From contig NC_133618.1 of assembly GCF_048593235.1 (NCBI RefSeq), forward strand, positions 558,778,465 to 558,842,464: DNA of 64,000 nt. The letters run 5' to 3'. Every line of letters starts with the position of its first letter. Position 1 is the first letter of the stretch. The notes under the pieces were generated by a model. That model was not told where the DNA came from and searched no databases. It was given only the letters and a program-made list of their open reading frames with translations. This DNA comes from Sminthopsis crassicaudata (Eukaryota). Shown piece after piece: positions 29,001 through 42,050 of this stretch. Position numbers and translations under genes: made by a program.

Positions 29001-29474
29001 TATTCTTCTGTTTGTCAAAAGTTCTTCCTAAATTATGGTGCTTGGATCTGAACATAATTCTTGAGATGAGGTCTGGCCAGGAAAGAGTATAATATTACCT
29101 GCCTATTCTTGGAAGCCAGGTTTCTCTTATTGAACTATATTAATGGTCCAAGATCACATTGGCTTTTGGGACCATTACATCAAACTGTTCACTCTTATTG
29201 AGCCTGAAATACACTAAGACTTTTTTTTTTAAAGAACTGCTAACTAATTATACCTTCCCCTTCTTATATGTGCAAAGTTAAATTTTGTTGTACCTAGGTA
29301 CAAGATCTTACATTTATCCTTTTTGAATTTCATTTTATTAGATCAGTACCAATATCCTAATCTGTCAAGAGCCATGGTATCATAACTCTCATCCATTGTG
29401 TAGCTATTCTTCTCATTTTCATGTCTCCTGCAAATATGATGAATATATGACATCTATATCTTTATCCAAGTGTT

Positions 29475-29712
29475 TCAGTTTAGTTGTGTAGTTGTTCAGC
29501 TATTCCAACTCTTCAGAAATCCATATGAAGTATTCTTGGCAAAGATACAGAAATGATTTGTCATTTCCTTTTCTAAAGGATAAAGGCAAACAGAAATTAA
29601 ATGATTTTCCCAGAATCTACCCAGATTGTGAATATTTGAGGCTAGATTTGAACTCAGTCTTTCCTAACTCCAGGTCCAATACTCTATCATTTAGTCATAG
29701 AACAACTCTTTC
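29475..29712 (-). mobile_element. Mar1-type SINE nested in L3
   Basis: gttgttcagctattccaactc...ttcttggcaaagatacagaaatgatttgtcatttcc...agatttgaactcagtctttcctaactccaggtcc. Confidence 0.65.
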
Positions 29713-29789
29713 ATAGTAATATTAAATAGCACAGGAACAAGCCTGGAGAACTTATCACAGTGAAATAAACCATTGAAGATTAGTTATTC

Positions 29790-29995
29790 TTTGAAACTAG
29801 CCATCCAACCAGTTATACATCAGAAGTATTAAAACAAGCTGAACACTTTTGAGTTTACTGAATCAGATTAAAATATGATTGAAATGCATGTAATAAAGTA
29901 AAAATATAATGCAATATAGATGATGTCAATTTTTGGTTTTCTAAATCAGTATGCTTCTCACAGGGACCCTTTTCCATTTGAATTTAACACTACTA
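29790..29995. mobile_element. hAT-type MITE nested in L3
   Basis: cagattaaaatatgattgaaat...ttttggttttctaaatcagtatg...gggaccc...tttgaatttaacactact resembles marsupial MER58-like MITEs as recalled. Confidence 0.45.
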
Positions 29996-31069
29996 AATTC
30001 ATCTATATCACTCCATCTTTTCCACAAGAAAAATGAAAGGTATTTCATCAAAATCTTTGTCAAAACCCAGTAAACCATATTCATACAATTCTTTTTATTT
30101 CCTCATTAAGTAAATCTGTTTTTAAAAGAATATAATCATTTTTCTATTTGGGAAAATGAGATTTCTTAAGAGAGTATTTCATGGGGAACCACAAGTTAGA
30201 TAATTCCCAAAAATTGGGAATTTCCAGATTAAGATTTCTGTTGAAAGAAGAGAATTTCATGATTCATTAAACTATTGTACAGGTGTCATGTGGACAATCC
30301 TCTTCTTTCTCCAAAAAGTTTAAGAAGAGGATGTGAAAGAAATCAAACTAAATGAAAAAGAAGAAGAGAAGGAAAAAAATCAAGGTGAAGGAAAAAGATT
30401 CAATGAGGAAGAAAAACATAAAAAGAAATTTTAAAGGGAAAATCTATATATTTGTCAAAGTGCTAAGAAAATGAGAAGAGTTTTCAAGGGGGAGTTAGGT
30501 AAATCTGTTACTAGTAACAAAACAGAGAAGAGTATTATTGGATTCTTAACCTAGAAAACATGTATGAAAGAAGGTATTTTAGAGTATCCTAGGAAAAAAT
30601 ACATGATATTTGTTTTTCTGCCATGAACAAAATAGGTGTATATGCTAAAAACATCACTTCATTTCCTTTTCATCATTTAAGAAAGTAGACTTGAAAAAGT
30701 ACCTGCACATGTTAGATAAAATGAAAAGCTTCTTTAAAGAAAAAAAAAAAACAGCTTACAAATAGAAGAATGACTTCTGCTTGAAAACATATGAAAGAAA
30801 GTGAAAGAGCAGACCATAATCTTGAAGACCTTGTTGGGAGTTGTTTAACATGGTGTCCAGGGACACATACAGCCTGCAATAGTCCTGAGTTTGGTCTTAA
30901 TCATCCATATTAAAATTTCACTGGGAAATATTTTTAAAATAAAAAAGGAACACAAAAGATGGTAATATGTGGTTTTTCTAAGTCAACACTTATTTATATT
31001 TAGTGGCTCCTATTTCTATTTGATTTTAACAACATCGATTTAGAGTAAAATAATATTCCATAGAGGGGA

Positions 31070-32090
31070 AGGGAAACCAATTTTATTTTATTTTCAATTC
31101 TAGATTCTCTCCTCCCTAAACATATCCCATATTTTAAAAACACAAGACATTCAAAACTCATTACAAATATGAGGTTATGTAAGACAAATTTCCACATTAG
31201 TCATATTCTGGCATGGGGAGGAGAGGAGAGAAAAAAAGAAAAAATAATATTCTATAATTTGAATTCATTAGTTCTATATCTGGAAATGGATAACCTTTTT
31301 CATTAATCTTTTGAAACTATAGTGTATCATTGTGTTGATTGGTAACTAAGTCTTTCACAACTGATTATCTTTACAAAATTATTACTCTGTAGATTTTTCA
31401 CTTGATTCTGTTCACTTTACTTTCCATCATTTCATATAAGTTTTCCCATGTTTCTCTAAAACTATCCTCTTCATCATTCTTACAAGACAAAAGTATTCAA
31501 TCACATTGACATATTTTGTTCAATAATTCCTTAATTGATGGGCATCCCTCAATTTCCAATTCTTGACACCACAAAAAGACCTATTAAAATATTTTTGTAC
31601 ATATAGATTCTTTCTTTGTTATTTGATCTCTTAGGAGATAGACCGGATATTTCTGGATCACAGTTTAGTAGATTTTGGGGGTAGTCCCAAATTGCTTTCC
31701 AGAATATTTAAACTAGTTCACAGAAACACCAACATTGTATTAATGTATTTATTTTCCCACATCTTCTCTAGCTTTTGTCATTTTTTATGTCATTTTAGCC
31801 CTTCTGTTGGTTATAAGATGGTACCTTTAAATTGTTTTCATTTGCATTTCTCTATTAGTGATTTAGAACATTTTTTCATATGATTATTGATAGCTTTGAT
31901 TTCTTCATCTGAAAACTTTTTATTCATATTCTTATCCACTTATCAATTGAGGAATTCCCCTTGTTCTTACATTTTTGTTTCAGTCTTTTGGAGAAATGAC
32001 ACCTTTATTAAGGAAACAGGCTGCAAAGATTTTTCCACATTTTACTGCTTTTCTTCTAATTTTAACTACATTAATTTTGTGTATATTCCT
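31070..32090 (-). mobile_element. old L1 (ORF2 end plus 3'UTR)
   Basis: aattgatgggcatccctcaatttccaattcttgacaccacaaaaag and ttgcatttctctattagtgatttagaacattttttcatatgattattg are reverse L1 ORF2 C-terminal motifs. Confidence 0.8.
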
Positions 32091-32094
32091 TGCT

Positions 32095-32230
32095 TTCTCA
32101 AATCTAAATAATCAACAAAGCAATAAACTAAACCTTGATTTGTTGTATTTTTAGCATGTAAATGCTCACATTGAAAATTTAACAATCACTTTTGAAAGAC
32201 AGTTTTGAACTGGCTCTAGAATATTTCTGG
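32095..32230. mobile_element. MER63-like hAT MITE remnant
   Basis: tgtaaatgctcacattgaaaatttaacaatc...tttgaactggctctagaa; inverse of the element at about 8245. Confidence 0.45.
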
Positions 32231-32811
32231 AGTTAAGTAATTGATATGAAGCTCTTCTTAAAGAGGAGACTGCTATGCTATGATATTCATGACAGACACA
32301 GTCCTAGTGGAACAGCCATGAGGAATCCAGAAAACAATACTAGAGATTATGAAGTTAAAAGACAACTACATAGTACATTGGATAGAGTCGGGAGGACCTG
32401 AATTTAAACTCAGGTCTTCCTGACAATACAACAGCACTGTGTTTGTGTATTACATAGCTGCTTAGCAATGCATTACATAGTAAGCTACAGGATGCTTGCT
32501 CTCTGATTGAGTAGAAGGAGCTTCCCACACCAATGAAATGACAAAAATTAAAAAGATATTTTTGTGAGAAACTGATGACAAGAATTTAAGGGAAGATTAA
32601 TGTAGACAGAAAAAAAAAAAACTTGTTACTTGAATATATAATCGGCCAATTAAATGAAAAAAAAAAGTCTGATGGCTTCTGAAAAAAAGTCACAGCAATT
32701 GGAAAAATGAAATGATAGAAATGAAGGGCTGTAATTACTCTGCTATTAATTTGTGCTCTGTGTCAAAGGCTAAACAGATCACACTACTGTGACTTGCTTC
32801 AAATACAATTT

Positions 32812-32935
32812 TGTATTTCCTTTTCTCCCTCTTTCCTTCCCTCCCTTTTTCCCTCCTTCCCTCCCTCTTTTTCCTTCCTTCCTTCCTTCCCTCCCTCCCT
32901 CCTTCTCTCTTTCCCTTCCTTCCTTCCTTCTTTCT
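32812..32935. repeat. (CCTT)n-like polypyrimidine low-complexity tract
   Basis: Read directly from the sequence. Confidence 0.9.
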
Positions 32936-33149
32936 TATTGGGAAAAAGATGAGGAATAAAGAAGAGATAAGACAGCTATATGAATTAGATGGAATAATGA
33001 TAAAAAAAAAAAAAAAAAAGTTTGGGTAGGGTTCCCCAAACTATTTTTGGTTCTTTTCCAAGAAGAATAATCTTTAGAAAGAAAATAAGCATGATTAATA
33101 GAAAGTTGAAGCTCAGAAATATCTAGAAACATATTAAAATATTTATTCT

Positions 33150-34895
33150 TCCTGCCCTTAATGAGGTTTAGTCACCAGGAGCAGATGGGTATTGAGAAAA
33201 CTAGCAGATATGATTAACAAACTACTGCCAGTGATCCTTGAAAAACTATGGAGAATGGGGGAAATGCCACTGTATTGGAGAAAGACAAATATTTTCTTGA
33301 TTTTCAAAAAGGAGAAGAGAATCGAATAAACAAATTGTAGTCCCTAAGATCTGGAATTCTGGCAAATTATATACTTGTGGACTTTGATTCTTTATAAAAT
33401 TCCATTAATTTACATTTGAGAGTTTTAATCTTAGGTCTGTTTTTCTTACCTTTTGATATAATTGCTTTCCTTTATAATTTAATTTATATTTAATTAATTG
33501 CATTTGAAAACATTATTTTGAAAGAGGTATATAAGTTTTACTAGACATCCATAGAAGTCCATGACACAAAAAAGCTTAAGAAGTTTTCATCTAGAATAAT
33601 TTATTCTATATATATATATTATAGAATATTATATCTATATATATATTCTATATATATTCTATTATATAGAATAATTTCATCTAAGGAATAATTTATGAAA
33701 TTTATGAAAATATGTTAAAGGATCACATGATCACAAAGATCTAAAATGTTTTTTATTAAAAAAAAAAAAAAAACGATAGCTGCTAATGCCACAATAACTA
33801 TTTCTTTTTCTGTTGAATCTCTGGAATGACATTTCAAAGAAATATTGTAGATATATTCTATTTATATTTTAGAGGAACATTTGATAGATTCCTTAATTTT
33901 GTTATTATGGACACAATGAAAAGATCTTGGATGGTGAGATGCATTAATGGTTTGATGTTAATATGGAAGGAAGTTTCCCTTGGAGTGCCTTGGGACCTGT
34001 TTTTGGCACTGTGCTTTTAACATTTTTATCAGTGACTTGGATAAAGATATAGAGGGCACATTTATCAAATTTGTGAATGACAGAGCTAAGAGGCATAGTT
34101 AACAGACTGAATAACAATACCAGGATCAAAAAACATCTTGACAATTTAGAACACAGTGCCAGTTCTAAATGGATTAAATTCAATAAGGATAAGGGTAAAG
34201 ACAAAATTGAATTCCCAAATGTCAACTGTTGCACAGGCACAGTGTTAAGGAAATATGAAGAGAAAGAACTTCATGTGGAAATGACTTGGACAGGGAGTGC
34301 TTTGGACCCTTTAGGGATTTTAGTTTGGCATGAGTTAACAATGTGTTAGGTCAGCCCCAAAAGTTGATATGATCTTAGGCTGCATTAATGGAGATGTAAT
34401 TGTCAAATGTAGTACCATTGTACTATTCCTAAATCAGATCAGATCCAGAAGTTTTGGGGGCCACATTTTGGGAAGAACACTTACAAGATGAAGAGCATTA
34501 AGAAAGGGCCAATCTAGGTGAAGAACTCTAATCTAAAGGCATGAAGAGTTACTGAAAGGATTAGCGATGAGTAGTGTGGATTTAGTGGGTTTAAAAGGAA
34601 TGTGATAGCTATCTTCAAGTATCTGAAAGATAATTATGTACAAAACAGATTTTACTTGGTCCTCAAGGCAGAAGTTGGAACAAAGGAATGAAAGATGAAG
34701 AGAAAGATTTAGACTTGAAATAAGGAAAAGTTTCTTAGGACTATCAAAAAGCAAAATAGGCAATCTAGGGAGATGGTAGATTCACTCCCATCAGAAGTTT
34801 TTAAGAGATGACTAGGTGAATATTTATCAGATGTGTTATAGAGTGGATTATTTTTCATGAGTGGCAAGGACTATAGAGCTGCTGAAGTCCCTTTT
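33150..34895 (+). mobile_element. L3/CR1 LINE, degenerate RT to 3' end
   Basis: Decayed CR1 RT motifs (KLADMINKLLPVILEKLWRMGEMP.YWRK..IFLIFKKG; tttaacatttttatcagtgacttggataaag) and the L3 3' end (atagctatcttcaagtatctgaaag). Confidence 0.8.
33415..33590. mobile_element. hAT-Charlie/MER5-like MITE nested in L3
   Basis: aaaacattattttgaaagagg...gtccatgacacaaaaaagcttaagaa terminal motif. Confidence 0.45.
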
Positions 34896-35702
34896 GAAGA
34901 CATCTCAAAGAATACACACAAAGATGTCATATCTGCTTTTGCCTTACCATATATGTAGGCAGAGTGCCCAAATTCTTTGGGCCTGAGCCAGCATATGAGA
35001 TTAGACAGAATGAACAGCTCTGTGCATGCTCCATTGGGGACAACCCCCATTAAACATAAATATTATCCTCTTTTCAATGACTTTACTATAGAAAACAAAC
35101 TTGATTTTTCTGGTATGCTCCACAATCTTTTATTTCTTATCTCTAATCCCAATTTCTTCCAGGTATAATTAGTAAAAACAAACTGTATCAAGCTGAATTG
35201 GTATTTTTTAGGTGTTGAAATATCAGCCTCTTCCTTGGAGCCTCTTCATAAGCTAGTTGAAATTCAAATAAAGCTCTAGCAGATAAATGCTAAACACAAC
35301 CCTTATCTCTGAGCATAGGTTTTAAAGGCCAACTCCAATATTGTAGAATAAGAAAATTGACTCAGAGAATTCAAGTGATTGTCCCAAGGTCACATAAATG
35401 GCAAGTACCAGGGATGAGATTTGAACCCAGGTTTTCTGATATTCAATCCTAAAGTAATTCATTATACATCACACTTGAAGTTATTTGTTGGAATTTCAAG
35501 GATATATTTCCCTAAAAATATGTGGGATGTTTTCATTTTAATGATAGGAGGCCCAAGTGAGAATATTGTTAGTGGCTATCAAAAGCGACTGAAAGACTAA
35601 TGTTGAAATAATCTGATTTTTATTCATATTTAGTTATGTATTTATTGTTCCTTTGAAGAGTTTAAGACATAGATTGTGAATTTTTTTGGTCACTGCTTTG
35701 GA

Positions 35703-35727
35703 AACACACACACACACACACAAACAT

Positions 35728-35781
<54 letters not shown>
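35703..35781. repeat. (CA)n/(TACA)n microsatellite
   Basis: Read directly from the sequence. Confidence 0.95.
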
Positions 35782-36153
35782 ATATCTTGTTTTCTTCCAT
35801 AACTGTTGTGATAGTCTAATGGTAATAAAATTTTTCTCATTCTTTCTACTCCATTTTGATTTTACTTTGTTTTCACTTAACTTAGATTCATTCAATACTC
35901 TTTAAATTTTAAAGTTTAAACTTACTTTAACTTACTGCACCAGAAATTAAAACCAGACTTAAATATTAAAATCATATTGCTTTGTTTCACTCTTTTTTGC
36001 TCTCCCTTTCTCACCCTCTCCCTTTCCTCTCCTTTGCCCTCCCTTTCTCCTCTTTCCCCTCTCCTTTCTCTCACTATTTTACTCTCACTGTATTAGCCAT
36101 GTCCCTTGGCTGTCACCAAAACGGTGCTGGAAGTTCCTTTTTTTCTATTATTT

Positions 36154-36189
<36 letters not shown>

Positions 36190-38039
36190 CTCAGCCCAAG
36201 GTGAGATGGACTGAGTGATGATGATGAGGTTCTCAGAGATGTTAGAAACTGAACTGCTACAAGAGGTCAGCAGGAGCAGAAACCAATAAAGCAAAAGAAG
36301 GAAGCTTGATACCTATGAACAAAGTCTTCCGTAATAATGTGAAGCAGGTCAAACGAGTGCTGCGCACAAAATGAAAAGATTCACCTCCAAACATCTGGAA
36401 AAGTTTATCCAACTTGCTTCTCCTTGACAGGACTTTGGGCTCTTCCCAGTCATTTCCTGCTAAATGCTATACATTGTTTTATTTGCAAATTCTCAATCTT
36501 GTATACAAAGATGACTCAGAGGGACAAAGAAATAAAACAAAAAACCAATCTGTTCACTAGCATTCACTAGTCTGATTGATAAGTGCTTCTCTGTATTCCC
36601 CTTATCGTCTACAATTTAACATGTATAATCACTTAAATAGCATAATGGATATGTGATCTTACTGATGTCTATTCTGTCTAATGATGCAGATCACAAATCA
36701 GTCCATGGCAGCTTATTTTGGACCTGCCCTTCCCAGAGTTTTCAGCATCCCTTTTTCCATCACTGCCAATTTCACACCGGAGAAGCAAATAGAGGTTCGA
36801 AAGAATTGAGGGCCATTTAAACAAAAAAAAATTCTCTCTAGTTTTTCAACACTATATTCAAATGGTATTTTAAAACAGCATAGTTTCTAAAGCTAGTTTG
36901 ATTATTTTTTTTTGTCCCTTCAACCATAAAGTTGGCAATAGAGGATGTTATAAAAATATGCAGACTGAAAACATAGTTAAATTATATGAAAATGTTGCCA
37001 TTTGTTGTTCTTTTTGTTCCCAATGACAAATCCTAATTGACTTATAGCTTCTAGACTTTCCTAATCCAAGTAGAAACTGGACTCTATCTTGCTATAAGCA
37101 TATGCAAATTAAAAGGATTTTTATTATTTTATGTAATAGGTTTTGAGATTTTTTTTTGCACAAAACAACTATAACCCAAGCAAAGTCATGTGAGCAACAG
37201 AATTAAAACCCAAACTTTGAGACAAAGTGACATCATTTAGGAATACTGTTGAGTTCTTTGTTGTTTTCTATATGGATTTTAGCTGCATCTTAAATATGTC
37301 TATAAGAAGTTAATACCTTTCAAAGGCATTTGTAGCTATGTTTAGGTCATCACAGAGTGCTTAAGCATCTATAATTTGCATATGGTAATTCAGCTCCTAC
37401 TGTAGGGAAAGGTATTATGTAGAAGAACCTCAAATGAAAGATTATCATTTTCTATATTAAAATGTGGGGTGCTCTCTCCACAGGTTTGGCCAGATGAGAT
37501 GAAAGAAAGTAGAAAAATGCTATGTGGCTTACCTGTTTCCTGCAGAGTTATTAACTGAAAAATGACAAGTCATCTCCTTTAGAAAACTGACATGTCAGAT
37601 TCTTTTTGCATATTACATTTGCATTGATAACACTAGAGTCTTTGCACAATAAAGGTGTTTTAGACTCATAAACCATGTAGTCCTTGACAAAGAACTCTTT
37701 ATTTGAAAATTTTTATCATTTCACCTACAAAAGTTTTTATTTATTCATGAAATGATGTATTTCCCATTTAGGGCTTGAACTTGAAGCACTAATTGTGAAT
37801 ACTCTAACACCACTGCAATTAGCACATGCCATGCTAACAATAAAGATACTTGTTTTTCTTCCAGAATTATAAACTTTCATTTTTTTCCCTGATGTTTCTT
37901 CCTGTCTCATTCTACTCTTAGCTATCTTAATCCTGACTTTCTTCACCTTAACCTCATAATAATATAATATTCTCTTAGCTGACTTCATTGATTCAAGACT
38001 TTCCTACTCCTACTTATATCTTCACACTGAGGCTAAATA

Positions 38040-39052
38040 AACTTTTTTTTTTTCCCCAATTAAAAGCTTTTCATTTTTTCTCCCTCATTTTACCTTCCCC
38101 ATCACCAGGGGCAAAAGAAATTCAAAACCTTTATAACAAATGTGCATAACCAAACAAAATAAATTCCCAAATTGGCTATTTCAAAAAATACAAGATGTTT
38201 CAAAAGGTTCATTCTGCTTCTCGGGGCTATCTCTCTGTTAGGAGGTGAATTGCATGAATCATCACCTGTAGCCGGGAAGTGTGAGTGTTAATTATATAGA
38301 TCACAATTCTTAATTTTTTAAAAATAAAATTAAATCTTACCAATGTATAAATTATTTTCATGGTTTTGCTCACTTCAGTCTGCATCAATTAATAAAAGTC
38401 TTCCCAGGTTTCTCTGAAATTATCCTTTCTAGACTAACCTTTTCACTTTTTTCTTTTTTTTTTTTTAATTTTAATTTTCCCCAGTCATACATAAAAAACA
38501 ACTTTGTTGTACATTGTATATTCTTTTTGTAACTATTGCCTCATAAAGGATGTTGGGAGAGAAAAATCAGAACAAAAGGAAAAACCATAAGAGAAAAAAA
38601 AAAAAACAAAAAAAAAAAGAAAAAAAACGTGAACATAGTATGTGTCTATGTTTGTTCTCTATAGTCCTCTCTCTCTATATGCATATCATTTTTCATTCAA
38701 AGTTAATTGAGATTGTCTTGGATCACTACACTGCTGAGAAGAACCAAATCTGATATAGCTGATCATTATACAATCTTGCTATTATTGTATATGGTGTATT
38801 CCTAGTATTGCTTGCTTTGCTCAGCATCAGTTCATGAAAATCTTTCCAGGCCTTTCTAAAATCAACTTGTTGATATAATAATGAATAATTATGAATAATG
38901 AATAATAACACATAGAATAATAATATTCCATTATCTTAATATGCCACAGTTTAGTCAGCCAATCCCCAACTGATGGGCATCTACTCACTTTCCAATTCTT
39001 TGCCACCACAAAAAGAGCTGCTACAGTTTTGCACAGATAGGTCCTTTTCCTT
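38040..39052 (-). mobile_element. L1 3' fragments (probably two copies)
   Basis: ORF 38827-39009 gives VAKNWKVSRCPSVGDWLTKLWHIKIMEYY (L1 ORF2 end). L1 3'UTR motifs with poly-T at about 38041 and 38450. Confidence 0.75.
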
Positions 39053-40903
39053 CCATACTAATCTTTCTTAAGCACAGTTGCACCATGTTACTTCTTCAGT
39101 ACTCGAAAGATTTTAAGAACTTTGTGTTTCCCTCATAATGAACTTCAGATTCTTCTACCTTATTTTCAAGATCTTCCAATATTTGGTCACATTTTAATCC
39201 TCCAAGTTTATTTTGTACAATTTCCTAATATGTCTTTCCATTCTTCCTGACATGTTTCATGGACTTATTAATGTTCCTATTTTATGGAATGCTCTACCCT
39301 TTCTTTCATACCTATGTGTTAATCTGATTTGAATTCCAAGAAAGAGGACAGCTATACTTCTAGATCTAAAATTATTCTCCTCTTTCCTTTGATTTATAGA
39401 ATTCCTCACATCCTTCAAGATATAGCTGATATACCAACTTCTCCATGATGCCCTACAACAGCAAATGTTTTCCCTTCACTACTTTGTATTTGTTCTGTAT
39501 ATATTTATTTTATATATACTCTTGTATATATGTATATGTATATATATAATCTTTAAATATGCTAGAAGAGCCAGATATTGAATACTTAAATGATGAAGTA
39601 GTGAAAAGTACTAATATACTTTTGTATATTAACTACTTTTGTAAAGTAAAATAATTGGGCCTACTTTTCCCCCAATTTAATCAAATGACATTTACATACA
39701 TGAATTTTATAAAATATATTTATAATTTTCAAGAGTTTTAAAGTCATGTTACAATTTCATTTTTTGTTAGTCATTCAATTGTTTTTTGATCATGTCCAAC
39801 TCTCTTTGACCCCATTTGTGGTTATCTTTGATTGCATAGAGCTCTGGAAAATTACAGAGCCTTCAAAATGAGCTCTATAATCACTTAAAGGATTTTGACA
39901 TATCTCTCCATACAGTCCTTAGGCCTTACACATTGTAGGCAGATACTATGGCTGGAACCAGGATTGAACAAAAGAAGGAGAATGGCTGCATCTACAGCTT
40001 TTAGAACATCATGCAGTGTTACTAATGATAATGAATCTCCCTATGAAATAAGATAAAAACTCAATAAAAAGAAACAAAAATAAAAATTTTCAATTTTTTT
40101 TCTTTCAAAGCTATATTTCTGTGAGATATGGGATAAATACTTGGAACAATTCTTTTTAGGTGTTTTCCAGAAAACAATGAAGATACACATGATGACAGAT
40201 ATGAGTAAACCGCAACATATTGCCATAGAAAAATTGCATTGGAAGAGTGCCATAAAGGATGTCATCAGAGAGCTGTCTCACAAGAAAGGGAGATAGATCT
40301 GTTAGTAAAAGCAGATAGTCTGCAAGCTCCACTAGTATTTGTGCAATGCTAAAAAAAGCAAACTCCCCACAAGGTTTGATGACTGCTTCCTTTCACGAAC
40401 TTTCAGTTAGAGGTTAGTGAGAGTAAAGATTCAATATTTTTACCCATCTGATTCATGACCCCAAGAAGTACAGGTTGAGAAACCCTACTCTACATATTGT
40501 ATGGTCCAAATAGAACATATCACAGCGACTGCATCATGCACTTAGGCACTTCAAATGTTTGATGAATTAAATCTGGACATTATGATTCTTAGTACCCAAA
40601 TGTGTACTAAGATGTGGTTAACTGTCTTAGCAGTCACATTATTCATATTGAACTTGCATTGAACTAAAATTATTTTTTCCATTGATTTGAGCTAAGGTCA
40701 TCTTTCTAATATGCAGGGTTGACCACGTTCCATGATTGACATCCTCTCCCCCAACTTCAGTAGCTCCCTATTTCCTTTATGTGGTTTAAAATTCTTTACA
40801 ATATATGCCTTTCTGGCCTTTATTCTCCTCCATATATTCTAGGATCACCAGGATTGACATACTCGCTATTTCTTATACAAGACATTTATTTCCTGACTCC
40901 ATG

Positions 40904-40935
<32 letters not shown>

Positions 40936-40939
40936 TTTC

Positions 40940-41200
40940 TTTTTCACAGTGCTTCTCCCCAGTGCCCCAAATCCTATTCTTTATCATATCTACTGCCTGG
41001 CTTCTCTAGCTTCCTTGAAAACTCAGCTCAAATCTCACTTTCTACAAGAGCCTTTCAAGCCTTTCATGGAATTTTCCCTCACTCCTTCTCTCAGAGATTA
41101 CTTTCCTTTTGCCTTGCTGATAACGTTTATCTAATAGTTGTTTGCAAGTTGCTTTGCAAATCTTAAAGCATAAAGCTTACATAAAAGTTAGCTATCCTTC
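40940..41200 (+). mobile_element. L2 3' remnant
   Basis: ctagcttccttgaaaactcagctcaaatctcactttctacaagagcctttc. Confidence 0.5.
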
Positions 41201-41829
41201 CTCTAGTGATGATTGTCACAAAGCCAGTGCTCCCCCCAAAAAATTAGGTCCTTGTTTTATTGATTTTTGGACATAAATGTAGAACTTTTATTGACTTCCA
41301 TTAGGTTTCATATTATCAAACTGGACTATTTTTTCCAGCTGAAATTATTTCCAACCTTGAGTCTATAATCCATTTTATTTCTATTAATCCTAATTTTGTT
41401 TCTTTCACAATTTTTGAAAAGTATAGATTCTACATTTTTAAATAGATTGATTTGTTAAAATGCCACATACTTATATGAATTTAAGCTGCTTCTAGTTTCC
41501 ACAATTGCACATTGAGCTAATTCCTTGTCAATTACTCAAAGAATTAAAATAAATTATTAATAAGTATTGTGGATGATTAAATTAGTTTTATGAAGTCCAA
41601 CTCTATACAGAGACCACACCATTCTAATTAAAGAAGATGATATGACCAGTCAAACCTTCTCCTTAGGAAAAAGAAAACAGTTTCTTCTGGGGGTAGAGAG
41701 GATGTTGCAACTGAACTAGTAGATGGAATGGTGTTTTGGTTAAATGAAGTCTCTTAGAAGGAACTTGACCTGTTGGTCACAAAGGACGGATAATTCATTA
41801 TCTTTATAGTCACCTGTGCAGCAAATGGT

Positions 41830-42050
41830 ATCATGACATAGTGGATAGAGAACTGGCTTTGGAGTCAAGAAGAACTGGGTTGAAAAATCATTTCTGGCAC
41901 ATATTGTTACTGTGTACTTCACCATTACATAACATCCAAGAAAACTTTCCCAGTCTCTTAAGTTGAGAAAAATTTTCCATCTTAATTGGTAAATTCTTCT
42001 CATTGGGAACTCTCTTTATGAAAACAGTAAAGTCACAAATTCAGTCCCCA
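41830..42050 (+). mobile_element. marsupial CORE-SINE (WALLSI-like)
   Basis: atagtggatagagaactggctttggagtcaagaagaactgggttg (A/B-box head) with a gggaactctc...aaagtcacaaat tail. Confidence 0.5.

Larger units (their letters stand above)
28740..30100 (-). mobile_element. L3/CR1 LINE remnant interrupted by younger insertions
   Basis: Reverse L3 3' region (ttttcctgatatcaagtctaaat...gtctttcaaatacttgaagata...ttgaatttcattttattagat...atctttatccaagt). Resumes after the SINE at about 29716 and after the MITE at about 29996. Confidence 0.7.

Noticed and set aside
37533-37554. Minus-strand 22-nt exon candidate, and similar donors at about 27137 and 28270
   Set aside because: Such splice-like motifs are frequent by chance; no coherent reading frame or known peptide emerged.
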